Source: Octopus vulgaris
Lineage: Eukaryota
Direction: 5' to 3'
Length of the DNA stretch: 64,000 nt
NCBI GenBank assembly: GCA_951406725.2
Contig: OX597826.1
Location: forward strand, 47,740,001 to 47,804,000
Below are positions 26,222 through 41,225 of the stretch, one piece after another. Position numbers and translations under genes: made by a program. The notes below the pieces were generated by a model that was not told the DNA's origin, made no database searches, and worked only from the letters and a program-made list of their open reading frames with translations. Numbering within the stretch: the stretch's first letter is position 1; each line of letters begins with the position of its first letter.

Positions 26222-26680
26222 AATATTTTATGTTTGACTTTTGCTTTGCATTTGTACAATTTGGCTCCAAGTCTCCCCCAGAGACCTCAAGAGACAACAA
26301 GTTGGAAGTTCATGTTGGTGTTATTCCTAGGGTGCCATATATTTGGTTTTGAACATAGTGTTGTTCTAGAGAATGTTTAAGAAACCATAAGAAAATTATG
26401 TGTTTGTTTTCAAACATAGAAAGTATTTTGCGTAGGATATGGGCAGTTCTCATGAACACTATCTTTTGAATTTCTGCCATTTTGGGGTTTCCTGGTATCT
26501 GAGCAAGGTAGCAATCGGCCCTTTTGCTATTATTCCCTAGGCACCTATGACAACAGGTATTATTTTAGTCTTCAGGCTCCACATTTTGCCAATTTCTATT
26601 TCAAGATCTTTATACTTGCTCAGTTTTTGGTAGGTCTTGACATACATTTATATAAATTGGGACAGTCATATCAATGAGGA
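26222..26680 (-). mobile_element. R4/Dong-clade retrotransposon 3' end (RLE C-terminus + UTR) inserted in (TAA)n
   Basis: LIDMTVP…QKLSKYKDLEIEIGKMWSLKTKIIPVVIGA*GII…EIQKIVFMRTAHILRKILSM; TAA arrays on both sides. Confidence 0.88.
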
Positions 26681-26801
26681 TTATTATCATCATTATTATT
26701 ATTACTATTATTATTATTATTATTACTATTATTATTATTATTATGATTATTATTATTATTATTATTATTTTATTTTTTATTATTATTATTATTTTTTTAT
26801 T

Positions 26802-27068
26802 GAGAGAGAGAGCAGTGCATGCCATCAAAGTGACACTGGGGGGAAATATGTAACCCTTATGACTACCCATCTGATAAGGCTACACCAGGCACATGCATCA
26901 CAACCATATGTGCATGACATGGTGATCTCATATCAAGTGCATGACCTTGCAGGCGAGGGCCCAGTTAAACGTTTCTTCAGGTCGATAGCCCATCCCACTC
27001 AAAAAGTCCCTGATTAAAGGTTGTTCAAGGGTGTTGAATGAAACACCAATGTTCCCAGAGGTGAATTA
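26802..27068 (-). mobile_element. (TAA)n-associated retro-repeat, family E
   Basis: Homologous to 14186-14403 and 41357-41731; flanked by TAA arrays. Confidence 0.75.
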
Positions 27069-27072
27069 TTAC

Positions 27073-27135
<63 letters not shown>

Positions 27136-27161
27136 CATTATTATTATCATGATTATTATCA

Positions 27162-27315
27162 TTGCCATTGCACAGCTTCTAACATTGAACTAAGGTAACA
27201 CCTCTTATTTTTCGAGCGCTTTCCAGAGTATTCGAGCGGTTCCAAGCATTGATGTTTTCTGCAAGTGTTCCACCCTTATTGCAGCCCCCTATTTGTTCCA
27301 TGTACTTCTCAAGAT
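27162..27315 (-). mobile_element. Second R4/Dong-type family, short 3' end in (TAA)n
   Basis: LEKYMEQIGAAIRVEHLQKTSMLGTARILWKALEK*. Confidence 0.75.
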
Positions 27316-27349
27316 TATTATTATTTTTATCATCATCATAATCATCATC

Positions 27350-27391
<42 letters not shown>

Positions 27392-27393
<2 letters not shown>

Positions 27394-27722
27394 CAGAAGA
27401 AATTCAAAGACTGTGCTCATAGAAACTGCTCATACCCTTTGAAAAATATTGTCTATGTGATTCCAAAAGCATTTTAATCTGTGAACATTATCAAATGTAC
27501 ATTTAAATGTATATAACAGCAAACACCTTTTACTGTCATCTTAAGAACTTTTAATTTTCTTATGTTTTGACAGACATTCTCTAGAACAATATTGTGTGCA
27601 AAACCAAAAATATGGTACCCCAGTCATAACACCAACATGAACTTTTGACTTGTCTCTTGAGGTGTCTGGGTGAGACTTGGAGCCAACTTGTATAAATGTA
27701 AATCAAAAGCCAAACATATAAT
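27392..27722 (+). mobile_element. R4/Dong 3' end, diverged relative of 26222-26680
   Basis: Frameshifted EEIQ…VLIETAHTL…KILSM* plus a UTR homologous to the other copy (gtctcttgagg…gagacttggagcca). Confidence 0.75.
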
Positions 27723-28107
27723 AATTGTAATAATGCCTTTCTACTATAAGCTCAAGGATTAAAATTTGTGAGGAAGGGGCCTGGTCAATTACATCCAACC
27801 CAGTACCCAACTGGTATTTATTTTATTGACCTTAAGCTGATAAAAGACAAAATCGACCTTGGCAAGAATTGAACTCACAACATGGAATTAGAAGAAATGC
27901 TATCGAGTATTTCATGGTTTTGCTGGCTTTCCACCTTTAAATTGATAATGATTTCCTTTATTTGCCAAAGTGGCAAAGAAGAGGGGAACATCACAGGGAT
28001 GTGAGAATAAGGGTTACATTAGTGAGAATAAGGGTAACATAAAAGATGAAGTTAAAAAAAGTGGGGAAAAGAATATGAAATGAGATAAAATTATGCATAG
28101 TGTATGC

Positions 28108-28675
28108 ACAGGAGTGGCTGTGTGGTTAGAAGCTTGCTTCCCAACCTCACAGTTCTGGGTTCGGTCCCACTGCATGTGTCTTCTACTATAGCCTCGGCCC
28201 AACCAAAGCCTTGTGAGTGGATTTGGTAGACGGAAACTGAAAGAAGCCAGTCATATATATATGTGTATGTGTGTGTGTGTGTGTGTGGTGGTTGGCGTTA
28301 GGAAGAGCATCCAGCTGTAGAAACTCTGCCAGATCAAGATTGGAGCCTGGTGCGGCCGTCTGGTTCGCCAGCCCTCAGTCAAAATCATCCAACCCATGGC
28401 ATGGAAGGTGGACGTTAAACGATGATGATGATGATATATGTATGAATATATTTGTGTGTGTGTGCCTGTGTTTGTTCCCTTTCTATTGCTTGACAACTGA
28501 TGTTGGTGTGTTTACATCCTCGTAACTTAGCAGTTCAGCAAAATAGACTGATAGAATAAATCCTGGGTGGTGTGAGGAGGGGGGACCGATTTGTTCGACT
28601 AAAGGTGGTGCTCCAGCATGGCCGTAGTCAAATGACTGAAACAAGTAAAAGAATAAGAGAATAAAAGAAAGAAAG
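28108..28675 (+). mobile_element. SINE family A with nested RTE-type tail (28287-28434)
   Basis: Family A head and tail separated by ggcgttaggaagagcatcc…gatgatgat inside the internal (TG)n. Confidence 0.85.
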
Positions 28676-28973
28676 AATAAAATCATGTCACAGAAATCTC
28701 AAAACTATAAAACAATGCCTGATTAATTCAAAATGCAAATCTACAAGCATTTGACAAAATAATCTGAATTGCTAAAATAAACTTAAGGATTTTTTTTTAT
28801 TTGCCACTGGGACATCATATGAGGCTAACATTATAAGACTACACTCTCCAGTTTAGCCTTTATATTTATTTAAGACTAAAGGGTGTTAAGTTGATATGGC
28901 TGCTATTTCTAGCAAGACTGATGACAACACAGTAGCTTCTGTACTGCTGTGATTGTAGTTGCTGTTGCTATTC

Positions 28974-29008
<35 letters not shown>

Positions 29009-29049
29009 ATATTTATTACTCATCATGTCATTGCCATTTAAATATTGTT

Positions 29050-29106
29050 TTTCTTGCAGTTGTTGAAGCTGCTGCTCCAGCTGCTGCTGCTGCTACTGCT
29101 GCTCCA

Positions 29107-29163
<57 letters not shown>

Positions 29164-29276
29164 ACCAACACCACTATCACCACTGTCACCACCACCACCG
29201 CCACCGCCATCACCACCTCACCAACACTACCACCACCACCACCAACACCACCAACACCACTACCACCACTACCACC

Positions 29277-29325
<49 letters not shown>

Positions 29326-29610
29326 TTGCTGCTGCTACCAACACCACCATCACCGTTGCTACCACCACCACCACCGCCACCACCAACACTACCACCAACA
29401 ACAACAGCAACAACAACACCACCAACACCAGCAACACCACTACCACCACTACTACAACTACTACTACTACTACTACCACCACCACCACCACCACCACCAC
29501 CACCACCACCACCACCACCACCACCACCACCACCACCACCACCACCACCACCACCACCACTACCACCACTACTACCACTACTACTACTACCACCACCACC
29601 ACCACCACCA

Positions 29611-29661
<51 letters not shown>

Positions 29662-29857
29662 TTTCTTCCTTTTCCACTTATGCTGCTGCTGATGATGATG
29701 TTGTTGATGCTAAAGATGAGAGTGCTGATTCTGTTGTGTTTGTGTGAACTTTCAAATATGATACTTTTTGTTTTTTTGTTTTTTTTTACAACAGGATGCC
29801 TGAGTTCACGCCATCATTAGCAATGGCACCACCATCACCATCACCATCACTATCAGC

Positions 29858-29894
<37 letters not shown>

Positions 29895-30248
29895 GCAACA
29901 ACATCAGCGCCAACAACATCAATGACAACAATGTCAACAACATCGCTACCTTCAGTACTACCACTGCCATCACCACTACCATCATATTCACCACCACCAC
30001 CACCACCAACAACAACAACAATAATGATATTGACAACAACATTAACAGTTTTAGTACCACTGCCACCACCCTACGTCAAACAGCAGCTACAAAATCACCA
30101 GTTCTGGTACCACCGTCACCACCACACCCCCACTACTACCACTACCTCAACTATCACCAACACCACCAGTACAACCAGATCCAATACCACCACTTCTTCA
30201 CCAACAACATCAGCATCCACATCCTCATCGTTAAGTTGATAATCACCC

Positions 30249-30281
<33 letters not shown>

Positions 30282-30364
30282 GCATCGTCATCATTATCAT
30301 CATCATCATCATCATTAGCATTCTCTTCCTCCTCCTCCTCCTCATCATCATCATCATCACAATC

Positions 30365-30402
<38 letters not shown>

Positions 30403-30510
30403 TACCATTGTCATCATCATCGTCGTCACTATCATCATCGTCATCGTCATCATCATCATTATCATTACCATCAACATCACCATCACCATCATCACCACCA
30501 TCACCACCAC

Positions 30511-30577
<67 letters not shown>

Positions 30578-31140
30578 GTTGTTGTTGTTGTCATCATCAT
30601 CACCACCGTCATAAGGAATTAAAATTAATTAGCAATTTAATTGCTTCATATGAGATCAATTATACAAATTAAGGATCTGGAATGGCACAGTATGTATGTT
30701 GAGTGTTAGATTTTATCATCATCATCATCCTCATCACAATCACCACCATCACCATTGCACCCCACATCATCATCATCATCATTATTGTTGTCATCAATAC
30801 CGTCATCAGAATCCTTATTGCCTTCTTCCTCCCCCTCCTCTTGCATGTCCCCCTCCTCCTGTACCACATCTTTCCCATCATCATTATGATGATCATCATT
30901 GACATTGCCAGCATCTTCATCACAAATGCATCTTCTTCTTCTTCTTCTTCTTCTTCTTCTTCTTCATCATCATCACCATAGCCATCATCAAATAACATAA
31001 TCAACATCATCATCATCATCATCATCATCATCAGCGCCCTTGATATATTTCTCTTCCTCTACCTCCTCTACCTTTTCTACCTCCTCCTTCTCATCATCAT
31101 CATCATCATCATCATCATCAACAGTATCGTCATCAATGAA
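29050..31140. repeat. Compound trinucleotide low-complexity block (CAC/TAC/CAA/CAT)
   Basis: Directly visible. Confidence 0.95.
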
Positions 31141-31255
31141 TAATTTACAAATTAATAAGTGTGAGTCATTAGCTGTGCACAGTCTACTGGGGCTCATATA
31201 ACGATAACCAAGTCTCTAGAAAATATGTGCATATGTGTATGACAACGTATGTATG

Positions 31256-31289
<34 letters not shown>

Positions 31290-31384
31290 CGTGTGTGTGT
31301 GTGTGTGTATATACACACACACACACTCACACATACTCACACACATGCAGACACATGCACACATATGCACTCACACACACAATG

Positions 31385-32098
31385 TACAGAGTGTGATGGA
31401 TAAATTGTCACGGTTTTATATTTTTAATTTCACACGTGTGCATTGTTTGTTTTTGATTTTGTCAATTGCACAGTATGGTAGGGTCAGTTGGGCACCATAT
31501 CTAAGAAAAACAGCACCAAGACGCAATTCATTTGCCAAAAATTTGGAAATGACATGCTGTACAGCTTAGTATTTGCACCGGAAGCTCCAATACGAAAGTT
31601 TCGGAGTGTTTGAGTGTCAATCTCAGGACAGTGTAATCTGAGGATGTGTACTGAGAGGGATAAAAATCAAACATCCAGTGATTTTTATGGTGTTTGGAGC
31701 GATCACTAGTAATGACAACGTTATACCTCCATTCATTTTCCCACACAGCCTCACACTCAACATACAGGCCTACTTTAAGTGCCTGGAGAAATTTGTGCTG
31801 CCCTGGGTCAAGAGGGTGGCTACTGGAAGACCCTATATCTGGCAAACAGGAGTCTGCACCATGACACACAACCCAGTCATGACTGTCAGACAATTTCTGA
31901 AGTCACATCACCCCTAACATCTGTCCACCCTACTCCCCAGACTGCAACATCCTCGAATATTATGTGTGGGGCACAGTTGAGGGAGAGAGGGAGAGACCAA
32001 CAAAACTCCTTATAACACTAAAGATGAACTGAAGGCAAGGATTATGGTAGCATTCACCAACTTAATCTTAGATGACAAAATATTTACTGCACCCTGTA
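31385..32098 (+). mobile_element. Internally deleted Tc1/mariner element (DD37D/maT-like)
   Basis: TA-flanked imperfect TIRs CAG(A/G)GTG…; residual MVFGAITS…PPFIFP…LPWVKRVA…PYIWQ; homologous to 36461-37353. Confidence 0.8.
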
Positions 32099-32186
32099 TA
32101 TATACATGTATGTGCATATATCACCATGATCACTGTGACCGACCAGGCTATGATATATATACGTATGTGCGTGAGTATGTGTGTGA

Positions 32187-32234
<48 letters not shown>

Positions 32235-32510
32235 ATGTGTGTGTGTGTGTGTATATTCTTGAAATTCATAGAAATACAAAAGATGAAGACAGGTGTATAA
32301 TCAACAAGCAAATATGTTAGTTTGATATTTGGGAAAAATGAATGGCTTTTATGTTTCGAGCCTGGGCTCTTTGACAGAAAGGCATAAGAGAAAATAGAGG
32401 GAATGAAAAAAAACGTGTAGAGGTCAGTGGTCCAGTGCACACACACGCACACACACACACATATATATATATTCATATATATGTATATATTTATATACAT
32501 ACCCATCTCT

Positions 32511-32557
<47 letters not shown>

Positions 32558-32617
32558 GTATGAGTGTATGTTTGTGTATGCACATGTTTGTAAGCTTATA
32601 AATATACATATATGTGT

Positions 32618-32659
<42 letters not shown>

Positions 32660-32813
32660 TATTATATACACACACACACACACATACACACATATATATG
32701 TGATCACATGTAAGGATGCCATGTCAATTCCCTGGAGTGAAACGTAAGTGGGGGAAGAATATGTGAAATAAAATATCAAATTGAAAGCCCCAAAAAACAA
32801 ACCAGATAATAAC

Positions 32814-32869
<56 letters not shown>

Positions 32870-33292
32870 CACCACAAGTAACAACAACAACAATAACCAT
32901 AGCTGTAATAAGCAGTCATAAACAAACAAACAATCAACAAAACCTAATTAATAATTTCGTGTCAAGATTTTATTTTCTGAAACCAAATTAACATTCATAT
33001 ATATTCCTTGGGATCGTCAGGAAAGAAAAAAAGTAATGAGAATAAAAATAATGCAAAATCTTATGTCTTTAAGGTCAATAGAATGGTAACAGGTAGAAGT
33101 GCTGATACACCTAGATATAATTGATTTATTTCTTTTTTTGTTTTCTTTTTTGTTTTCTGAATATAATATATAATAAAATAATTTTCTTCGGTAGGGATTT
33201 AGCTGTAGCAGATACTAAGTTATAAGTATGTGTGTATACATATATAATGTGTATGTGTATGTGTGTGTGTACCATCTATCTATCTATCTATC

Positions 33293-33341
<49 letters not shown>

Positions 33342-33439
33342 TATAAATATATATATATTTACATATTTATATATATATACATACCTGTATATATCTATAA
33401 ATATATATATACACTCACACACACACGTACACGCACACA

Positions 33440-33541
<102 letters not shown>

Positions 33542-33557
33542 TGTATGTATGTATGTA

Positions 33558-33591
<34 letters not shown>

Positions 33592-33649
33592 GATAGATAG
33601 ATAGATATATGTGTGTGTGAGTATGTATGTATGTGTAAATATATATATA

Positions 33650-33815
33650 TATACGACAGGCTCCTTTCAGTTTCTGTCTACCAAATCCACTCACAAGGCT
33701 TAAGTTGGCCTAAAGCTATACTAGAAGACAATTGCCCAAGGTGCCATACAGTCGGAATGAACCAGAACCATATGGTTGGGAAGCAAGCTTCTCACCACAC
33801 AGCCATATACCTGTG
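33650..33815 (-). mobile_element. SINE family A 5' half
   Basis: Co-linear with family A. Confidence 0.8.
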
Positions 33816-34274
33816 CCTGTTTTCTAAGTATTTCTTCATCATTCTTTTATCAGTTTCCAGTGCCTAATATTACAGTATTTCAGTATGACATTTATTTCAT
33901 TAGATTCTATTTGTCATGGCACTAGGTTGTTCTTGAGATTAAATTAGCATCCTTATGTCTTCTGATCAAATTTCCATTGATGCTAAATATATTTCTTATT
34001 GCTTTCATCATTATTGACATGGAGCCTCTTGCAAATGGTTAATTTTTCTTGTTTGTCTCATGGTAATACATATATATATATATATGTATCCAGTATGCTT
34101 GTGTGAGTGAGTGTGTGTGTATACATATATAAACGTACGTATGCTTATATGTGTTTGTATAAAAATGCACAGACATCTATAATTGTGTGTTTGTGTATAC
34201 ATATATATATATTGCACTTGTGTATAAAAGATATATATATGTGTGTGTGAGTGTGTGTGTCTACACACACACAT

Positions 34275-34470
34275 CATTATTATCATCATCATCAACTTCC
34301 ATTGTCCATGCTGGCAGGAGTTGGACAACTTGACCAGGGCTGGCAATCTGGAAGGCTGCACCAGACTCCAGTCCAAATTGGCATAGGTTCTACGGCTGGA
34401 TGCCCTTCCTAACACCAACCACTCCAAGAGTGTAATGGGTGCTTTTATTTGCCACCAGCATGGGCGACAT
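34275..34470 (-). mobile_element. RTE-LINE-derived 3' end
   Basis: ggatgcccttcctaacaccaaccactcc motif with CAT tail. Confidence 0.75.
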
Positions 34471-34515
34471 TTGCATCACACACACACACACACACACATA
34501 TATAAGATAGAATAG

Positions 34516-34975
<460 letters not shown>

Positions 34976-35723
34976 TGTTTTCCTTCCTTTGTTTTTCTTT
35001 GACATTATGCTGATATAAGTCAAGAATAAATTGCTGTTGTGTCTAACAGATTGAGCCTCTATCATTGAAGGCAAATTGTCATCACAGCATTCTTTTTGTT
35101 GTTGTTTTCTTATTGTTGGTGCTGTTGTTTTTGTTGTGGTTGCTGCTAATGTTTCTGTTGATTCTGTTGTTGTTGTTTTCCACTGTCCGACCATCATCGA
35201 TGTTTCGTGCTTCAATTAGCATATCGTCACAATGCCTAGAATTAAACAATACAAAATAAGTATTTAAATCTCACAGGGAATAATTAACAAAAATTATAAA
35301 TTACAATTTATTTATTTATTTTTTTGTTTTTGTTTATAGCTTTTGTTCAGTATGTCTTTCCCCTTAGATCTCCGTTTAATAAGCAAAATTACTTAGAGAC
35401 GCCATCTGCATGAAAGAGATAATTAAGTTAGTGTTATCATATTTAACATAAGGAGCATTAAATTGCTAACTAGAAATAATTATGCACTCTGGACTGAGCT
35501 ATATTTAGTCTTTCACTAATACTGAGCTTTCTTCACTGGTTAATTATTTCCACATAGTTATCTAATGTTACCTCTATTAAAAACATTAGCACTTACTTAA
35601 CTCTGAATTATTAAATACGCAGCATCGACACAATGTGATGGCATTAAATATTATAAGCCATTTTCATGTTACTTTGCATATTTTCACTTAGTTTTATGTA
35701 GTCAGATGTCCATGCATATATAT

Positions 35724-35885
35724 GCAGGAGTGGCTGTGTGGTAAGTAGCTTGCTAACCAACCACATGGTTCCGGGTTCAGTCCCACTGCGTGGCATCTTG
35801 GGCAAGTGTCTTCTGTTATAACCCCGGGCCGACCAATGCCATGTGAGTGGATTTGGTAGATGGAAACTGAAAGAAGCCTGTCGTA

Positions 35886-35932
<47 letters not shown>

Positions 35933-36065
35933 TTATGTGTCTGTTTGTCCCCCTAGCATTTTCCAATAGAATAAGTACTGGGCTTACAAAGAATAAGTCC
36001 CAGGGTCGATTTGCTCAACTAAAGGCGGTGCTCCAAAATGGCCGCAGTCAAATGACTGAAACAAA
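35724..36065 (+). mobile_element. SINE family A, internal deletion
   Basis: aggagtggctgtgtggtaagtagc head and gcagtcaaatgactgaaacaa tail. Confidence 0.88.
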
Positions 36066-36096
36066 TAAAAAAAAAAAAATATGCATGGGCATCTGA

Positions 36097-36335
36097 CAAG
36101 CTGGCAGAAATGGTGAGCTGGTAGAAATGTTAGTGCGCCGGGCGAAATGCTTAGCTGTATTTCGTCTGCTGTTTCGTTCTGAGTTCAAATTCCACCGAGG
36201 TCGCTTTTGCCTTTTATCCTTTCGGGATCGATAAATACAGCACCAGTTACACACTGGGGGTCGATGTAATCAACTTAATCCCCTTGTCTGTCCTTGTTTG
36301 TCCCCTCTATGTTTAGCCCCTTGTGGACAATAAAG
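36097..36335 (+). mobile_element. SINE family B
   Basis: Duplicated agctggcagaaatg head, gagttcaaattcc B-box. Confidence 0.88.
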
Positions 36336-36460
36336 ATATATATATAAATACATATGTTTACATTAATTTTCTCCATACACATTAGTGATTCGCTAAATCA
36401 CCGACAGATTTCTATGATATATACTGATAGAGAATTAAGTCTGGAATATATATGTATAAA

Positions 36461-37353
36461 TACAAGGTGCAGTGAATAAACTGTCATCTAAATTACACAA
36501 AAATGAAAATAACATTGCTATTTCATTTTAACAGATATATATACCAAAATTACATAAAAATATCTTAAAATACTAAAGAGTAAATTTATCCAGTAAAATC
36601 GCCATTGGCTTCAACCACGGCCTCCAGAAGACTTCAGAATCTCCTGCAACTCTTCTGGACAGTCTCCTTGTTTAAGTCGGTGAATGCTGCCATAATCCTT
36701 GCCTCCAGTTCATCTTTGGTGTTACAAGGAGTTTTGTTTGTCTCTCCCTCAACTCCACTTCACACATAATAATCAATGGGGTTGCAGCCTGGAGAGTTAG
36801 ATGGCCAGATTTTAGGGGTGGTGTAGTCACAGAAATTGTCTGACAGCCGTTCCTGGGTTCTCCTGCTTGTGTGGCATGGGGCAGAATCCTGTTGCCAGAT
36901 ATAGAGTCTTCCAACAGCCACTCTCTTGACCCAGGGCAGCATTTCCTCCTCCAGGCACATGATATTGATCCCCGTGTTGAGTGTGAGGCCGTGTGGGAAG
37001 GTGAATGGAGGCATAACGTTGCCATCACTAGTGATAACTCCAAACACCATGATGTTGACTGGATGTTTGATTTTTATCACTCTCGGTACATGTCCTCAGA
37101 TTGCACTGTCCTCAGCTTGACACCCAAAAATATTGAAATGTTTGTATTGGAGCTTCCAGCATGAATGCCAAGCAGCACAATATGTCGTTTCCAAATTTCT
37201 GGCAGAGTAAACTGCAACGTGGTGCTGTTTTTCTTGCAATCAGTGTTCAACTGACCCTACTATACTGTGTTATTGACAAAATAAAAAACAAACAATGCGC
37301 ATCCATAAAATTGAACATATAAAATAGCAATTCTTTACACATCACACCTTTTA
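36461..37353 (-). mobile_element. Internally deleted DD37D (maT-like) Tc1/mariner element
   Basis: ORF 36760-37080 …WQQDSAPCH…WPSNSPGCNPIDYYV with 37 residues between the 2nd and 3rd Asp; imperfect TIRs. Confidence 0.85.
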
Positions 37354-37605
37354 TGTATGTATATATATATATATACATATACACACACATAAATGTTGAA
37401 CAACAAGAATGAGTGCCCAACACCACATTGGTGAATAAAATTTTTTATTTGCGTATTAAGGCTACCCTTGGTTTCAGGTAAAGAAAAGTATCTTAACATC
37501 TTAACAATTTTTCAAGGCAATCACATGGAGAAATGTTGTTTGTCTTCATTTTGGATGAAATCATATATATACACCCCCTCATGTGTGTGTACATATATAT
37601 ATACA

Positions 37606-37828
37606 TACATGAGAGTGTGCTACAAAGTTCCTGGGTTTAAGAATATTGCAAAAGAACTGGTTGGAGGCCCAACCTTCCAAGTTCTTTTACAGGACTTAGA
37701 AAAACTGAAGGACCGCTGTGATAAGTGTGTGAATCTGAAGGGGAAATATGTTGAATAAAATCATAATTAACTGATCCTCCTGTATTTTCTTTTATACAAA
37801 GCCAGGAACTTTTCAGTAACCCCTTGTA
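37606..37828 (+). mobile_element. Mariner-derived MITE
   Basis: TIR-like ends (…aaagttcctgg / ccaggaactttt…cccttgta); retains C-terminal LEKLKDRCDKCVNLKGKYVE*; partial relatives at 46786-47035. Confidence 0.75.
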
Positions 37829-37914
37829 CATAAATATATATATACTGATTTTTGTCCCTCCATAAATCCTAAATTTTATTTTAGAATTTATGGCAGTCTT
37901 TGAAGACTCATATT

Positions 37915-38445
37915 GTCGTCGTTTAACGTCCGTTTTCCATGCTGGCATGGGTTGGACGATTTGACTGGGGTCTGGGAAGCCAGGAGGCTGCACCAGACTC
38001 CAGTCTGATCTGGCAATGTTTCTACAGCTGGATGCCCTTCCTAACACCAACAACTCCGAGAGTGTGTTGGGTGCTTTTTATGTGCCACCAGCACAAGGGG
38101 CCAGTGGAGCTGACATCGACCATGATCAGATGGTGCTTTTTACATGCCACCGGCATGGAAGCCAGTGAGAACAGCACTAGCATTAGCCACATTCGGATGG
38201 TGCTTTTTATGTGCTACCAGCACGGGGCTCACAGCTACAATTTCCATTAGATTTAGTTTTGATATTGCTGATGTTGATGTACTTAACTCAAAAGGTCTCC
38301 TCAAGCATGGCATGTTACCCTACGATCCAAGGTACTTTTGAGTGGGCTGGTTATGCAACACTGGTGTTGGTTACAGCTGTGGACTCATTTTATTTGCCGG
38401 GTCTTCTTAGTCACAGCATACCTCCAGAGGTCTCTGTCTTTTGTC
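37915..38445 (-). mobile_element. RTE-LINE-derived 3' end with subrepeats
   Basis: Same family as 12358-12925. Confidence 0.75.
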
Positions 38446-38783
38446 ATGTGTGTATGTATGTATGTATGTATGTATGTATGTATGTATGTATGTATGTATG
38501 TATGTATGTATGTATGTATGTATTTATATATCTATGTATGTATGTATATATGTATGTATGCATTCTATTCAGCAGTATGTAATTAATTAGTTATGGCTTA
38601 TAACTGGTCAGAATGTTACCCATAGTTTCATGTGCATTAGAGTTCTTGGCAGGATTGACAGATCTTCAGACATACTAGATTGGGTGAGAGTACGTAGAGT
38701 TTTTTTTATTCTAGTGGTGTGTATGTATAGAAAAATATATGTAGGTATAAATGTGTGTGCATGTGTGCATGCATAATAATAAT

Positions 38784-38820
<37 letters not shown>

Positions 38821-39266
38821 TATATGTGAATAAGTACATGTTTGTCAGTGTGCGTATGTGCATTAAAACTAAATGAAATACCCTTCAATTGACATTACAT
38901 TTGTGAAATATATACATGCATCCATACATCCTTCATACATACACATCTACCCATACACTAACACATACACATATTTATATATCAAAGACATCCTTTACCA
39001 ATTTAATTCTGATATAATAAATAGCAAGCCAGACTCAAATTACAGGTAAGTCACACAAAGAATATTTCTGGGGAAAAAAAATATTCCACACCAAATGTCT
39101 ATGATTATTTATTTTGCCTGAACCCTGCCCCACCCAAATACCACTCCTTCTCTCTCTCTCCCTTTTTCACTCTTTCATTCTCATACTCTCTCTCTCACAC
39201 CCACCCCTACACACTCATACATATGATGTATGTAAATATATATGTATGTATATATATATATATATG

Positions 39267-39331
<65 letters not shown>

Positions 39332-39569
39332 TTCATGCTCCCTTTTTTTCGTTTCTCACTGTTTCTGTCTCTCCATTTCTCTCTCTCTCACTTTCTGTCT
39401 TTCTTTCAGATTTCACCACCCAAAATTAAGGAAAAAGGAAAAAAGGAAAAAAAAAAGTGGGGTGAAAAAGAATTCTTTAATTAGCACTTAAATTAATTGC
39501 TTCATATGAAATAGACGAGACAAATTAAAGTCTGGTGTGGCAATGTGATCCAGGTACAACTGTAATTAT

Positions 39570-40043
39570 CGTCGTCATTTTCATCATCATCATCATCATC
39601 ATCATTGTCATCTTTATCTTCCTCCTTCCCTTCTGCATCATCATCATCATTATCATCCTCATCATCATCATAATCATCAACCATACTAGTTCCATCATCA
39701 GCAGCAGCATTCCTATCCAGCAGTCTCACTAGCTCTCCTTCCATCCCTCATCTACAACCATCATCATCATCATCATCATCATCATCACGTCAACCATCAT
39801 CATTACTATCATCATCATCATCATCACCAACGCCATCACTATCACCTCCACCATCACCATCACCTCCGTCATCATCATCATCATCATCATCCTCATCATC
39901 GTCATCATCCTCATCAGTATCATCCCCATCATCATCATCATCATCATCACCACCACCACCACCACCACCACTATGATTATCACTAACACCCCCTACTCCT
40001 ATCATCATCATCACCACCATCAAAGCCACTACCACCATCATCG

Positions 40044-40076
<33 letters not shown>

Positions 40077-40233
40077 ACATCATCACCATCGTCATTTGTT
40101 AGCATTTCATTGGATACTCAGTCAGGTTGAAGCAAGAATTGGTAAAATAAGGAATCTAATGGGTTTTAAACTTTCTCTGACTTGTTTAGTTAAAATAAAT
40201 AAGGAAGGATGTGAAAGCAATAAAGAAATTCAC

Positions 40234-40285
<52 letters not shown>

Positions 40286-40593
40286 CCCCCTTACCTTCGC
40301 TACCTTCGTTTCTTCCTCCTTCTCCTCTCATCATCATCATCATCCTCATCAACATCCATCATCATCAATCATCATCTGTCATCATCGTTACCATCATCAT
40401 CATCAACACCTCCACCATCGCCACCACCACCATTACCCCTACCACCCCCACCATCATCATTAATACCCACCACCACCACCACCACCACCACCAACACTAC
40501 CACCACTGCCACCAGCACTCGCAGCAGCACCACCACTATCACTGCCACCAGTGCCACTACCACCAGTGCCACTACCACCACCATCACCACCAG

Positions 40594-40649
<56 letters not shown>

Positions 40650-40679
40650 CCATCACCATCACCACCATCATCATCGTCG

Positions 40680-40715
<36 letters not shown>

Positions 40716-40745
40716 CCATCACCATCACCACCATCATCATCGTCG

Positions 40746-40781
<36 letters not shown>

Positions 40782-40811
40782 CCATCACCATCACCACCAT
40801 CATCATCGTCG

Positions 40812-40868
<57 letters not shown>

Positions 40869-41225
40869 CCATCACCATCACCACCATCATCATCGTCGTC
40901 ATCATCATCATCATCATCATCATCATTATCATCATCATTATCATCATCATCATCATCATCATCCCTACCATCATCATCATCACCTAAAATTTGATAACTT
41001 GAATTTGAAATTTTTTGCTTTTACTTTACAGCCGCCTACATTCTGCAAAACATGACCTGGCTCTTGTTTTTATTGTTGCTGATATTGTTGTTCTTGTTGC
41101 TGTTGTTGCTGCTGCTGCTGATGTTCTTGTTGTTGTAGTTGTTGTTGTTGTTTGTGGTGGTGGTGGTGGTGGTGGTGCTTCTGTTATTGCTGTTGTAAAT
41201 GGTAGTGATGTTAGTGGTGGTGTTT
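39570..41225. repeat. (CAT/CAC)n-rich low-complexity block
   Basis: Directly visible; gives poly-His/Ile/Ser artefact ORFs. Confidence 0.95.

Noticed and set aside
39973-41055. 360 aa poly-His ORF and similar ORFs at 29-31 kb and 61-63 kb
   Set aside because: Trinucleotide low-complexity repeats, open in several frames on both strands.
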